Source of the DNA: Octopus sinensis
Taxonomy: Eukaryota
DNA length: 64,000 bases
Direction of reading: 5' to 3'
Assembly (NCBI RefSeq): GCF_006345805.1
Contig: NC_042997.1
Coordinates: 145,452,001-145,516,000 of the forward strand
Shown in pieces: positions 1 to 11,480 of this stretch. Made by a program: the position numbers and the translations under genes. Every line of letters starts with the position of its first letter. Position 1 is the first letter of the stretch. The notes below the pieces were generated by a model. That model worked only from the letters and a program-made list of their open reading frames with translations, was not told where the DNA came from and searched no databases.

Positions 1-451
1 TATCCTTGGAGCAGTGTCTAATGAACATGGTGAAAGATTTCACCGGGACATTAGTGCAACGGAGAAACGGTACCAAGGCTTCTGGAATTACAGTATGCTG
101 GCTGACTATTGCTGGACACTTTACCGTGATCAACCAGATCAGGAACACCACAGGAAATCCAAATCACAATGTTTCTAACTCTGTTGTTCTAACTTTATCT
201 GACCCTTTTTTGTGTATTCACTCTTTGTAGAATGATAGTGATGATCTCTAACTCAATAAATTCCTTTACTTTCTAAAAATAATATGTCCTTATTTATTAT
301 AAATACGTAAATATTTGCATTAACTACTGAAAATCTGATACGTGCTGCATACGAATGGAGTGAAATTTTGAAATCAGCATGAAAAATTAGTCTAAAAAGA
401 GTTGGTTTGCATTCATAATGAGTATAATACATTTAATTTTGTTGACCAGTG
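1..451 (+). mobile_element. Right end of a Chapaev3-like (CMC) DNA transposon, running off the window start
   Basis: Carries a transposase C-terminus (2-178) and ends TTTTGTTGACCAGTG (reverse complement of a CACTGGTCAACAAAA terminus) followed by TTA, fitting the TWA target duplication of Chapaev3. Family assignment is from recalled motif similarity. Confidence 0.7.
2..178 (+). CDS. Transposase C-terminal fragment (Chapaev3-like); 5' part lies outside the window
   Basis: Manual translation in a frame not shown in the ORF track: ILGAVSNEHGERFHRDISATEKRYQGFWNYSMLADYCWTLYRDQPDQEHHRKSKSQCF*, open to TAA at 176-178. Confidence 0.75.
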   Translation: MLGAVSNEHGERFHRDISATEKRYQGFWNYSMLADYCWTLYRDQPDQEHHRKSKSQCF

Positions 452-1176
452 TTATCCTTTACAAGACCTTCGAGACTGGTGGTGGGGAAAAATGGTGTAT
501 TTATCCTCAGGTCGAAGACTAAGGCGCCAGGTTTGTTAAACTGGGTATCTTTTAATTGTTTCAGATATACCACCCAAATTGGACATGGCTGAATTTCAAC
601 TCACAACACAAAGACTTAGAACAACCACTCCTGACTGGTACTGTTTTTTTTATTTTTTATTGACTCCGAAAGGATAAACGGGACTAAATAAGTTACTTTG
701 TTAGATGCTCTACCGATTCTGCTAACCCTTGCCCTCGTAACATTAAGAATAAGGATTTCTGACATTGACACAAGGGCATAAATTTTGAGGAAAGGTATAT
801 CTGATAATAAAGAGACGAACAGAATCGTTAACACAGGGTCAAAATGCTTAGCGACATTTCTTCCGGCTCTTTATATTCTGACTGCAAACCCTGTCGTGGT
901 CAACTTTCCTTTTCATCCTATCGGAGTCGATAACATGAAATACCAGTCAAGTACAGAGTTCTTTGTAACAGACATACTTCTTCCCTCAAGATTACTGCCC
1001 TTGAAATTGCAACTCCATAATACTCCAGTGGGAGTATTATGATCTCAGGCACTTATACAGTAATCCTTCGCCATATTGCGGATCACCTATCGCGGTTTAT
1101 TATTTAAGCTTACGTCGATTCTTCCGTGGTGTTGTGTTGCCTTTATAATAAAATAAATATATGCAAATTATAAAAG

Positions 1177-1590
1177 CTAGCAGTATAGCCCAGCGTTACC
1201 CGAGTTTGTTTTCTTTTCGACTCTTTAGAATTGGAATTTTTAAAAAGTAAAACTTTTGCATTATGTAGCTTGTTATTCTCTTTAAGTGAACATTTTTCTG
1301 GTTGAAATACACCGAAAAATGGCGACACAGCAGTCAAAAAATCGTAAAAAAATAAGAATTTTCACAGAAAAAAAGCACCTTTTTGATGTAAATAATTGTT
1401 GGTCTTAACATGGTCCGATTTGAATTTTTCTTATACGGAATGAAGTGCAAGCCTTCTTCTATCATACTCTCAATTTTGGTCAACTTGCGACGCAGGGTCT
1501 CGGAGGAGATAGTGTTAGTTGAAGGCTACCAAACCTGCCACACACACACGGACAACTTCAGCTTCATATATATATATATATATATATATA
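1177..1590 (-). mobile_element. Non-autonomous Helitron-like element
   Basis: Begins CTAGCAGTATAGCCCAGCGTTACCCGAGTTTG, a decayed version of the hairpin+CTAG 3' end seen at 50204, 59742 and 60251. Grades into (TA)n at the other end. Confidence 0.6.
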
Positions 1591-1691
1591 TACCGTAGTA
1601 AACACATAAATGTGAAACAAGGTGGAAAAAAGAGTACTCAAATACCAGTGGTAGAGTAATATGCTTTATTTTAAGCAGCAGAAAATTCAAC

Positions 1692-1739
1692 AAAATCTGT
1701 TACTCTGAGTTTCTCGTTGCCGTTCATCAGACAGTTTTT
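1692..1739 (-). ncRNA. Minimal type-I hammerhead ribozyme motif (left arm)
   Basis: Reverse complement of the motif at 3931-3977: CTGT CTGATGA ACGGCAACGA GAAA CTCAGAG TA ACAG. Confidence 0.7.
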
Positions 1740-2826
1740 GCTAGAATGGAACCGATATATCAATTCAATCTAGACTCTTACAAACGCTACACCTTTAAAA
1801 AGAAATGGACTTGTTTGATTGGCCCTTTAGAAAAAACGGTCAATCTTCGAGCGATAAACAAAAAGGTCAAAAATATACGTATATATATATATATAAAAAA
1901 CTTATAAAAATTATAAAATCCGAGGAAAAAACCTTACATTGAATAAAATACATATTGACGTTAATGAAGAAAGTGCAAATTAATGCATAGAAATTAAACC
2001 TGTTATAAATATTACACTGCAATACATATTTATATTAAAATGTACATATATATATCAACATACACAAAAGGATGCACGCTAACGCCATACATATACAGAC
2101 GTATGAATATAAATCTGAATATACACATAAATGCATGTGTACATATATTCACGCAAAACCATCTCGCACGCAAGCTAAAATTCATCTATGTAGCGATTCT
2201 CATATACTGAGTAAGGGGGGGAACGAAAGAAAGGGAGAGAGAGAAAAAGGAACGAATGAGGGGTGGGGAAAAAACGAAATAAGAAAAAATTATGTATACA
2301 AGCTGTGTAACGGCATTATTGGCATATATGGAGACATGTATACAACCACAAGTTCGAATGGATACATATACATACAGTCGTGTATGTGTGTGCTTAAGCA
2401 CAAACATACTCTCACTTACACATACACAGATACGCATGCTTACAAATACATATCCTTTGCTATACACATCAACATTCTAATTTTGACAACATTGCTTTTT
2501 TTAAAAAAACATTGCTTTTTAAAAAAAAAAATGGGTGCATTAATAAAAATAAAAATTAAAACTAAAATATATACGAAAGACATATAAAATAAAATATAAC
2601 ATCCTATTTTGGATCATTTATAAATAATCAAGGTAATATAAATAATCAAGGTAATCCTATACAATACAAAAACACGAAAACAAAGTCGGAGGTTTTTCCT
2701 AATGTATATGTGGAAACATAAGACTTTGCTATACGGATTAAGATCCGCATAGCTTGGAAACAAAATCCATCGTAGCGCTCATCGTTCAAGAGTCAAAATC
2801 AAAATCAAAAATACAAAATATATACT

Positions 2827-2991
2827 CTATCCATATGGTATATTTATATTCGACATTTTAAATTTAGTCGCGTGCCTACATAAGTTCATTAGCTCACTTC
2901 TTTGATTCAAAGAATTATTGTCTTTGAATAAGATGTACATTTTTTCTAATAGACAAAGTTTGCACTTGAAATTATTTTTGTATGCTCCATG
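2827..2991 (-). pseudogene. C-terminal remnant of a PLE-type GIY-YIG endonuclease ORF
   Basis: Manual translation HGAYKNNFKCKLCLLEKMYILFKDNNSLNQRSELMNLCRHATKFKMSNINIPYG*, with the CxxCLxEK...LNxRxEL...CRH pattern. An in-frame stop lies just upstream. Confidence 0.65.
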
Positions 2992-3930
2992 TTTTTGTAT
3001 TGTATAGGATTACCTTGATTATTTATATTACCTTGATTATTTATAAATGATCCAAAATAGGATGTTATATTTTATTTTATATGTCTTTCGTATATATTTT
3101 AATTTTAATTTTTATTTTTATTAATGCACCCATTTTTTAATTTTTTTAATTTTTAAAGCAATGTTTTTTTAAAAAAAGCAATGTTGTCAAAATTAGAATG
3201 TTGATGTGTATAGCAAAGGATATGTATTTGTAAGCATGCGTATCTGTGTATGTGTAAGTGAGAGTATGTTTGTGCTTAAGCACACACATACACGACTGTA
3301 TGTATATGTATCCATTCGAACTTGTGGTTGTATACATGTCTCCATATATGCCAATAATGCCGTTACACAGCTTGTATACATAATTTTTTCTTATTTCGTT
3401 TTTTCCCCACCCCTCCTTCGTTCCTTTTTCTCTCTCTCCCTTTCTTTCGTTCCCCCCTTACTCAGTATACGAGAATCGCTACATAGATGAATTTTAGCTT
3501 GCGTGCGAGATGGTTTTGCGTGAATATATGTACACATGCATTTATGTGTATATTTAGATTTATATTCATACGTCTGTATATGTATGGCGTTAGCGCGCAT
3601 CCTTTTGTGTATGTTGATATATATATGTACATTTTAATATAAATATGTATTGCAGTGTAATATTTATAACAGGTTTAATTTCTATGCATTGATTTGCACT
3701 TTCTTCATTAACGTCAATATGTATTTTATTCAATGTAAGGTTTTTTCCTCGGATTTTATAATTTTTATAAGTTTTTTATATATATATATACGTATATTTT
3801 TGACCTTTTTGTTTATCGCTCGAAGATTGACCGTTTTTTCTAAAGGACCAATCAAACAAGTCCATTTCTTTTAAAGGTGTAGCGTTTGTAAGAGTCTAGA
3901 TTGAATTGATATATCGGTTCCATTCTAGCA

Positions 3931-3977
3931 AAAACTGTCTGATGAACGGCAACGAGAAACTCAGAGTAACAGATTTT
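3931..3977 (+). ncRNA. Minimal type-I hammerhead ribozyme motif (right arm)
   Basis: Stem I AAAA-CTGT / ACAG-A-TTTT, core CTGATGA (3939-3945), short CG-GCAA-CG stem II, GAAA (3956-3959), near-palindromic stem III ACTC-A-GAGT, predicted cleavage after GTA (3968). Confidence 0.72.
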
Positions 3978-4004
3978 GTTGAATTTTCTGCTGCTTAAAA
4001 TAAA

Positions 4005-4075
<71 letters not shown>

Positions 4076-5814
4076 TATAATAAAAGAAATATATATTCAG
4101 TGCCATTTCTACTTCACGGATTTTCACCTATCGCGGGTGGGGTGGTGGAACGTAGTCGAGGGATTACTGTACTCCACGGAAACCTTAGAGGATCGAGAAA
4201 GAAAATGATATATGATGATATGAACTCTACTATTTGGTTATTATTCATTTTATGAATCTCAAACCCGGCATATTGAAAGGCACAGGTGAGATCTGAACCC
4301 AAAAAGTAAAATGTACTAAAATATTACACGTTGATCGTAGCCAAAAGACCGCGAACGATGTCTTGACTAAATAAATAAATACAGTAAGTCGTTTCTTTCG
4401 GCGCTTTGCCGATTCCTGCGATTCTGCCATTTTGGGCCATAATGATGTTAATAATACTAAATAACAATATATTTCAGTTAATATCGATTTCTTTGAATTG
4501 GCCTAATATCAATTTCCTCAAGGGAAAAAACGTGATCGATTTCATCAATCCAAGTGCATCACTGGAATTAATTTCATCGACCCATGCGATAGCTTAATGT
4601 TTATATGTGGTTGTTCTACCTGCAAGAAATAGCAAGCAAATCTCCCTCAAATTACACCCTGTTGTATTAAAAAGGGAAAGAAATATTGTTGTTTGATAAT
4701 ATAAATGCAAATGTTAAAAACGGATGGATGGTTACGGCAAGAACACCTTTGATCATATCTGCTGGATTATAGTTGACCTGTTACTAAACAATGTCAAGAA
4801 AATAAAGTCGATACCGACTGGATTTGAACTCACTACCTATAATAATGAAAGTAAATAATGTAGCGCAACAAGTTTAGTGCGCTAACGTTTCTACTGACTA
4901 ACCTCTATATAACCCTCTCTTCCATCACCAGTTAATATCAACTACGGAATTGGTAATAAAGTTGCCTTTGCATTTGAGATATATATTAATAGAAAATGGT
5001 AAATAGGAATGGAGAAACATGGCATTTTATTGCATTACGATAAAAGGGCTAATTTGCTTTGAATTTTAACAATATTTGTTGTAGATACAACTTGGTAAAT
5101 ATGTTTTCTTTGTGCTCAAGTTATTATGAATGGATATTCATATCATTTTTCTGCATTTTCCACCAGATTGGCGAAATGCTTTTTGTTTTGTTTTGTTTGT
5201 TTGTTTATTTTTTCCCCCTTTTATCCCTACCCCATAAAGTCCTCTGTTCCCGTATTACTCATATGGTTAAGACTCAGCATGAGTAATGGCAATGCCTTAC
5301 AAATATATAGAAGGATTTTTTTTTTTATATATTATTATTAAGAAAAATGTGATTAGATTTTAGATATTCTTTTACGGGTTGGGTTTCGTTCATTGGATTC
5401 CTGTCATAATAGAGTACCGCCTTTAAATGAATAATCGACTATATCGATCCTAATATTTGAACAGCATTTTTTTTTCGACCTCCAGAAAAACGACTGGCAA
5501 AACTGACATTAATGGAAGTTGAACTCAAAACGTAACAAAATAGCAGTACTATGTTGAGTGATACTTTTCTAATTCTGTCACAGATATTTCATTAAAACTC
5601 TGAAGACTCGTAGTTTTGAGATTAGAGATGTTGAGCAGACGATTTATCATAGGTTCAATTTCGGCACCGGATGAGTGAGTTGTGTCCTTCAACGAGGTAC
5701 TTTATTTCATGTTGCTCTCGTACTCTCAGCTGAGAATGAGTACTAGTGACATCTGAGGACCACACTACAGTTTCAAATTCCAGAAGAATTTTCGTTTATT
5801 TATATAGCTTCTTT

Positions 5815-6150
5815 TATCTTGTTTCAGTGATTAGAGTGAGGCCAAGCTGGGGCACTGTTTGACGAATTTAGTCGAACAAATCGAACCAGAACTTATTTTT
5901 ATTTTTAAAGTCTGGTACTTATTCTGTCGATCACTTTGGCCGAACGGCTTGGTTACGGAGATGTAAACCAGCCACCGGCTATCAGGTGGTGGGAGTTACA
6001 CACACACATTATACACGAACCTTTACAATTTCTGTCTATCAAATTCTTTTACAAAGCCCGGTTATAGAAGAAGACACTTTCCCAAATTACCGCGCTGTGG
6101 AACTGAACCCGAAACCACGTGGTTGCAAAGTGAGGTTCCTAACCATGTAC
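5815..6150 (-). mobile_element. SINE family B, decayed copy
   Basis: Matches the family B pattern (...GAACTGAACCCGAAACCACGTGGTTG... head and TTTAGTCGAACAAATCGA tail) seen repeatedly in the window. Confidence 0.6.
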
Positions 6151-6605
6151 ACTTCAGTTTATATTGATGTTGTTGGTACCACTTTAAAATCATCCCTAGC
6201 AAAGAGGTATGAAGTAATTAGGAAATGTGTAATCTAATATTCGGGCAATACTTCGAAAGAATTTACAGTGTAGGAGAAGTGGAATTGTTCCAGTCTGATT
6301 CCAAATTATGTCACTAACTGGATTAGACAAGAAATTAGCTCAATTCCAACTTCTCTCGTCTGGAATGTGAAAACCGTGACTAACTACCGCTAAGTATTTT
6401 GTTCAGCGTTATAATGGCTCTGTCAATCAAGCAAAACAGCACATGAAGTTAAATTTACATAAGATGTTATAGTTTGATTGCAACTCTTTTTGATATCAAA
6501 CCATCTGAAACCGAACATATTCCTGTGATACACGTTTCCTGTGATCTGAATTAAAACTTCCCATCAAAATTTCATGTTAATTTATATTCCAAACACCAGC
6601 ATCAT

Positions 6606-7245
6606 AATTCTAATTTTGGAACAGGGTCAGCAGTTTTCAGTGGAGGGGTACTTATTTTATCGAACCCAAAAGAATGAATGGCAAAATCGACCTCGGCGGA
6701 ATTTGAACTCAGAACGTAAAGACGGACGACGTGCCCAGTAAGTACTGTTTGTACGGTGTGCCAAAGTTTCTGCCAGCGTGCCACTTTTCATCTGCTTACT
6801 AATGGTCTCAACTTTTGGCACAAGGCCAGCAATTCCGGGTGAGTGGGTAAGTCTATTACATTAACCCCAATGCACAACTGATACTTATTTTATCGACCCC
6901 AAACGGATGAAAAGCAAAGTAAACCTTGGTGGAATTTGAACTCAGAACGTACAGACCAACGAAATGCCTCTAATCATTTCGCCCGGCTCGCTAACGTTTC
7001 TGCCAAGCTGCCACCTTTCGCCAGCTTAATAATGGTTTCAAATTTTGGCACAAGGCCAGCAGCTTCGGGAAAGGAGTTAAGTCGATTATATCAACCCCAG
7101 TGTCCAGCTGGTACTTATCGATCTGGAAGTGAAGAAAGACAGAGTCGATCTCGGCAGAATTTGAACTCAGAACGTAAAGGATAAAATGCCGCTAAACGCT
7201 TTTGTACAGCGTGCTAACATTTCTGCCAATTTGAACCACCTTAAT
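6606..7245 (-). mobile_element. Cluster of three SINE family A copies with tail type ii
   Basis: Three repeats of GTCGACCTCGGCGGAATTTGAACTCAGAACGTA, with TTTTGGCACAAGGCCAGC-type tails. Confidence 0.75.
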
Positions 7246-7848
7246 AATGACAATGTTATTGTACTAAATCCTTTATTATTATCAAAATTACTTTAAACAA
7301 AGGCAGTGTATTTCAACAGAAATATAACAAAAGGTTATATATTGCCACAACAGAAAATAACATGTTAAAACAAACCAGGAAAATGCGAAAAATTTTTCTC
7401 TGCTTTAAGTTTTCCTATAATGAAAGAGCTTTCTGTAATGAAACAAGGTTTAATCGATGGAATTTAGATGATTACAGCAAAAAGGTAAAAAGTTATATTT
7501 TGCATGTTATAAAAATTCTTAAACATTTTCAGTGTTCGCTTTTTCATACTGAAATCTCCAGTGTTAAATGGCTTCATTACCTGAAATCCTGCTTTTTGAG
7601 ATCATTATTCAAACACCGAATTATATAATCGAGAGTATCAATGGTTAAAGGGTTCGCGTTTATCTACCGGAGCCTGTAGTGTTTATTTGCTTACAGAAAA
7701 TCACAGCATACGTATATAGATTAGCATTGGGTTCCTATATCAGTCGTTCCCTTATCCTCCAAGCAACTACTAATGCTGGATTAAAGCAAAATAAGTACAT
7801 GCTTACGGCCTCCAGGAAAGATGGGGCACCACAGAAATGGTAAATCAC

Positions 7849-8082
7849 AAAGCGACGAGCTGGCAGAAACGTTAGCACACGTTAGCAAAATGCGTAGCCG
7901 TATTTCGTCTGCCGTTACATTCTGAGTTCAAATTCCGCCGAGGTCGACTTTGCCTTTCATCCTTTCGGGGTCGATAAATTAAGTACCAGTTACGCACTGG
8001 AGTCGACGTAATCGACTTAATCCCTTTGTCTTTCCTTGTTTGTCCCCTCTAGGTTTAGCCCCTTGAGGGCAATAAAGAAATA
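7849..8082 (+). mobile_element. SINE family A (tRNA-derived head, tail type i), full length with TSD
   Basis: A-box-like GCGAGCTGGCAGAA, B-box-like GAGTTCAAATTCC. TSD AGAAATGGTAAATCAC at 7833-7848 and 8083-8098. Confidence 0.85.
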
Positions 8083-8921
8083 AGAAATGGTAAATCACTT
8101 CAGACTTGCTAAAATAATATTCGAAGTGATCAGCAATATAATTTCGAAGTGTTCATGATGTCACAGTGAGGATCTGATCAAAGACTCTGCTATTAAAAGA
8201 AGTAGGAGAAAACTTTTCAAATATAAATAAAATGGAAGTATACAAAAATAAATATTATTTTCCATTTTACTGTTAGTTTTGTTTCATTTTGAAAAAATAA
8301 ATATTTATTCTATGGTTTGTTATTGCTTATATTTTGAATTACATAAATATGGGGACACCAAAATCTTTTAAGTGCGTAGGGCCTCTGTGTGTCTTAATCC
8401 TGTTCTGACAACTACCCAGTGTATCCAAGCCTTAAGATAGCACTAGTTTTATTTCTGTTGTAAGTGAAATTATTCAGCTCATTAATCCAAACAAACAAAC
8501 GAAGATGAAGAGCGACACCAGTTCTTCACTGCTCCTCTATTTTCTTGACGTTGGAAATATCTGTTTGTCTGTCGATATTGACCATGGAGGAATTTCCTAT
8601 TTGTTGGCCCTACTGTAACAAAGTTGCCTGTGACTGAACAATCCAATGAACGAGTGACAGTCTCTGCCACATAAGCCGCGCTTGTGTACTGTTTCAGTGC
8701 TCTTTGAGTTGTAGCTACGACTTATAACCGGTAACTGTGGCTCCCTGTATTGTGTCAACGCCGTAGACGAGGCCGGACCGTCCTTCTCGATGTACTGTCC
8801 GGTTCTGTCTCTCCAGTATAGTGTATTTGATAGGATCCAAGCCTAGATTGTCAGGTATGGAGAACAGGTTGTTCCCTATTCAGCGTGTCCCCCACTCTCC
8901 ATGTCACTGATGGATCCAAAA

Positions 8922-9183
8922 GAACAGCACTCAGAAGGCACGAGCACGAGGGGATATTGAAAAGTCAGGTATAGTTGATTACGTGTGGAGAGAAAATGGA
9001 GACTACCGACCCCTATGGATAAGTTCAAAATAATTGACAGAGTGCAACACAGGAAAATTAGAAAACTTTAGGAAGCAGTGCATATATTAGGACATAACAA
9101 ACTCCTAGGCAGACCAAGTGCAGAGATGAATACATTATGGAAACCAATAATTAAGAAAGAAATAGGCGGATTGACACAATAGT
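8922..9183 (+). pseudogene. Penelope/Poseidon-type GIY-YIG endonuclease C-terminal remnant
   Basis: KARARGDIEKSGIVDYVWRENGDYRPLW, frameshift, DKFKIIDRVQHRKIRKL*EAVHILGHNKLLGRPSAEMNTLWKPII. Fits the KS-x-I...W...I...R...EA-x-x-I...W-x-P pattern. Confidence 0.6.
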
Positions 9184-9199
9184 AATAACAATATTTTCT

Positions 9200-9770
9200 A
9201 ATAAAGGTACAAGGCCTGAAATTTTGAGGGAGGGAACTAGTCCATTTCATCTATCCCCAGTATTTCACTGGTACTTAATTTATCGACTCCGGAAGGATGA
9301 AAGGCAAAATCGACCTCGGTAGCATTTGAACACAGAATGTAATGACGGACGAAATGCTGTTAAGCATTTTGCCCGGCGCAGTAACAATTCTTTTCTACTC
9401 TAGGCACAAGGCCCTAAATTTTGGGGGAGGGTGCCAGTCGATTAGATCGACACCGGTACGCAACTAGTACTTAATTTATCGACCCCGAAAGGAAGAAAGG
9501 CAAAGTCGACCTCGGCGGAACTTGAACTCAGAACGTAGAGCAGACGAAATACCTATTTCTTTACTACCAACATGGGGCTAAACACAGAGGAGACAAACAA
9601 GGACAGACAAACGGATTAAGCCGATTATATCGACCCCAGTGCGTAACTGGTACTTAATTTATCGACCCCGAAAGGATGAAAGGCAAAGTCGACCTCGGCG
9701 TAATTTGAACTCAGGACGTAACGGCAGACGAAATACGGCTACGCATTTCGCCCGGCGTTTCTGCTAGCAG
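9200..9770 (-). mobile_element. SINE family A: one decayed monomer plus a dimer
   Basis: Repeated family A core; internal junction GACGAAATACC|TATTTCTTTACT at about 9544-9565. Confidence 0.8.
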
Positions 9771-10069
9771 GCCGCGTAGTGGAGCCACCTAGAATTTTTT
9801 AGTTCAATTTCAGGCAAGCCACTAAGGTGAATTCACAAGAAAAAAAAATCAGCTGGAGCTAAAAATGTCACGATACACAGAGAGCGGAATGAGAACAGTG
9901 TATGTACATCCGTGGGTCAGATAAAAGATTAGATTCGAAATTCCGATACAACAACCCAGTTTGAAACAAATCAACTGAAGAAGGCCTGGAGCGTACGACA
10001 GCTGAGAATGTAGAGAAAACAACAATCAAAATGGGGACAGAGTTCGACTGATGTATAGTATTCTTTTAT

Positions 10070-10390
10070 TCCTATTCTTTTGTTTCAATCATTTTGACTG
10101 TGGCCATGCTGGAGCACCGCTTTTTAGTCGAAGAAATCGAACTCTGGACTTATTCTATCGGTCTCTTTTGCCAAACCGCTAAGTTACGGGGACGTAAACA
10201 CACCAACATCGGTTGTCAAGCAAACACAAATATATATACGACAGGCTTCTTTCAGTTTATGTCTGCCAAATCCATTCACAAGGCTTTGTTCGGCCCGAGG
10301 CTACAGTTGAAGACACTTGCCCAAGTTGCCACACAGTGGGATTGAACCCGAAACCATGTGGCTGGGAAGCAAGCTTCTTGCTACTCAGTA
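10070..10390 (-). mobile_element. SINE family B
   Basis: GGCCATGCTGGAGCACCGC...CCGCTAAGTTACGGGGACGTAAACACACCAACATCGGTTGTCAAGC...GATTGAACCCGAAACCATGTGG. Confidence 0.85.
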
Positions 10391-10740
10391 CAAAATATAA
10401 ATCTCTCATCTTAGAAATAGAATTGTACTGCCTTTATAATTTGGCAGTTTGGTACCAAACTCATAGCAAGAGTTGCCAGAACGAGTTTGCCGATAACGTC
10501 GAACTGCCTCAGAAGCACCGACTTTTAGTTTTACCCCAGGTTTTACTCCTGAAACCCCTCCCATGGTGGGTGTAAGGGAGTGGAGGTTTAGAACCAGGAT
10601 TTTTCTTCCCCTAAATCGGTTGCCCACACACTAAGCTAATGAGCTCCATCTGCCCGACTATAAAAACAGAAATATCAAAGGCATAATTAACTTTGATGGG
10701 GTTCAAACTCAGAATGTAAAGAGTGGTAATTAAACATCTG

Positions 10741-11480
10741 TTTCTTTATTGCCATCAAGGGGCCAACGAAGAGGGGACAATACAAAGACATGCGGGGACA
10801 TAGAAAAAAAAAACGAAAAAAAAATATAAAACGTATAATATAAGGTGAATGAAAAAATGAAAATGCAGCTACTTGCCCCACCTCCGAGTAGCTTCACTTC
10901 CTTTAAATTCTTTACCTATTTCTTTATTACCCACAAGGGGCTAAACACAGAGGGGACAAACAAGGACAGATATAGGTATTAAGTCGATTACATCGACCCC
11001 AGTGCGTAACTGGTACTTAATTTATCGACCCCGAAAGGATGAAAGGCAAAGTCGACCTCGGCGGAATTTGAACTCACAACGTAACGCAGACGAAATACCG
11101 CTAAGCATTTCGCCCGGCGTGCTAACGTTTCTGCCAGCTCGCCGCCTTCTTCCTTTAAATTCTTTACCATCCAAAATATCCAATCCATGTTCTTTTATAA
11201 GTTCTTCATACTCTATATTATCCGGCAGCACTTTCATGTCATAGTTCACTCTCCAACACTTGTACCCACCTTTATACTTTTCTATTTCGTTCTTCAGTTT
11301 CTCTGATACTAAAACACATGTATGCCACCCCTTAACATTTGTCTTTTCTTCCACGTTAATAAACCTTGTGTTCTTCCATCTCGTTGTTTTGTTAATCAGT
11401 TCCAGATCTACACCTTCAAACATCATACATGCAAAACAACTTTCAATAGGAGAAGTTTGTGGGTTCCTGTATGCCAGTGT
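10741..11480 (-). mobile_element. Unclassified retroelement fragment: unknown ORF end, T-rich UTR and Tx1/SINE-A-like tail, interrupted by a SINE
   Basis: Open frame 11480 to 11149 that resumes after SINE removal and stops at about 10869. 3' end reads TTGTCCCCTCTTCGTTGGCCCCTTGATGGCAATAAAGAAA on the minus strand. Confidence 0.55.
10917..11148 (-). mobile_element. SINE family A, full length with 20-bp TSD
   Basis: Perfect TSD CTTCCTTTAAATTCTTTACC at 10897-10916 and 11149-11168. Confidence 0.9.

Larger units (their letters stand above)
1593..4005. mobile_element. Penelope-like element (PLE) derivative with about 1-kb inverted arms (1664-2674 / 2990-4005)
   Basis: Arms are near-identical reverse complements, each carries a hammerhead motif, the spacer holds a GIY-YIG-type C-terminus, and (TA)n flanks both sides. 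Confidence 0.75.
1058..4169 (+). mobile_element. Tigger/pogo-type MITE split by nested insertions (own sequence about 1058-1175 and about 4078-4169)
   Basis: TA|CAGTAATCCTTCG at the left end and CGAGGGATTACTG|TA at the right end. Both halves align to the uninterrupted copy at 57074-57308. Confidence 0.8.

Noticed and set aside
2072-2587. 171-aa ORF and its mirrored counterparts at 3146-3600
   Set aside because: Low-complexity TA/CA-rich sequence. They recur only because of the inverted arms.
1664-4005. Inverted arms as an assembly artefact
   Set aside because: The arms differ by several substitutions and homopolymer lengths, and the right arm lacks the terminal 70 bp of the left copy. An artefact is not fully excluded without reads.
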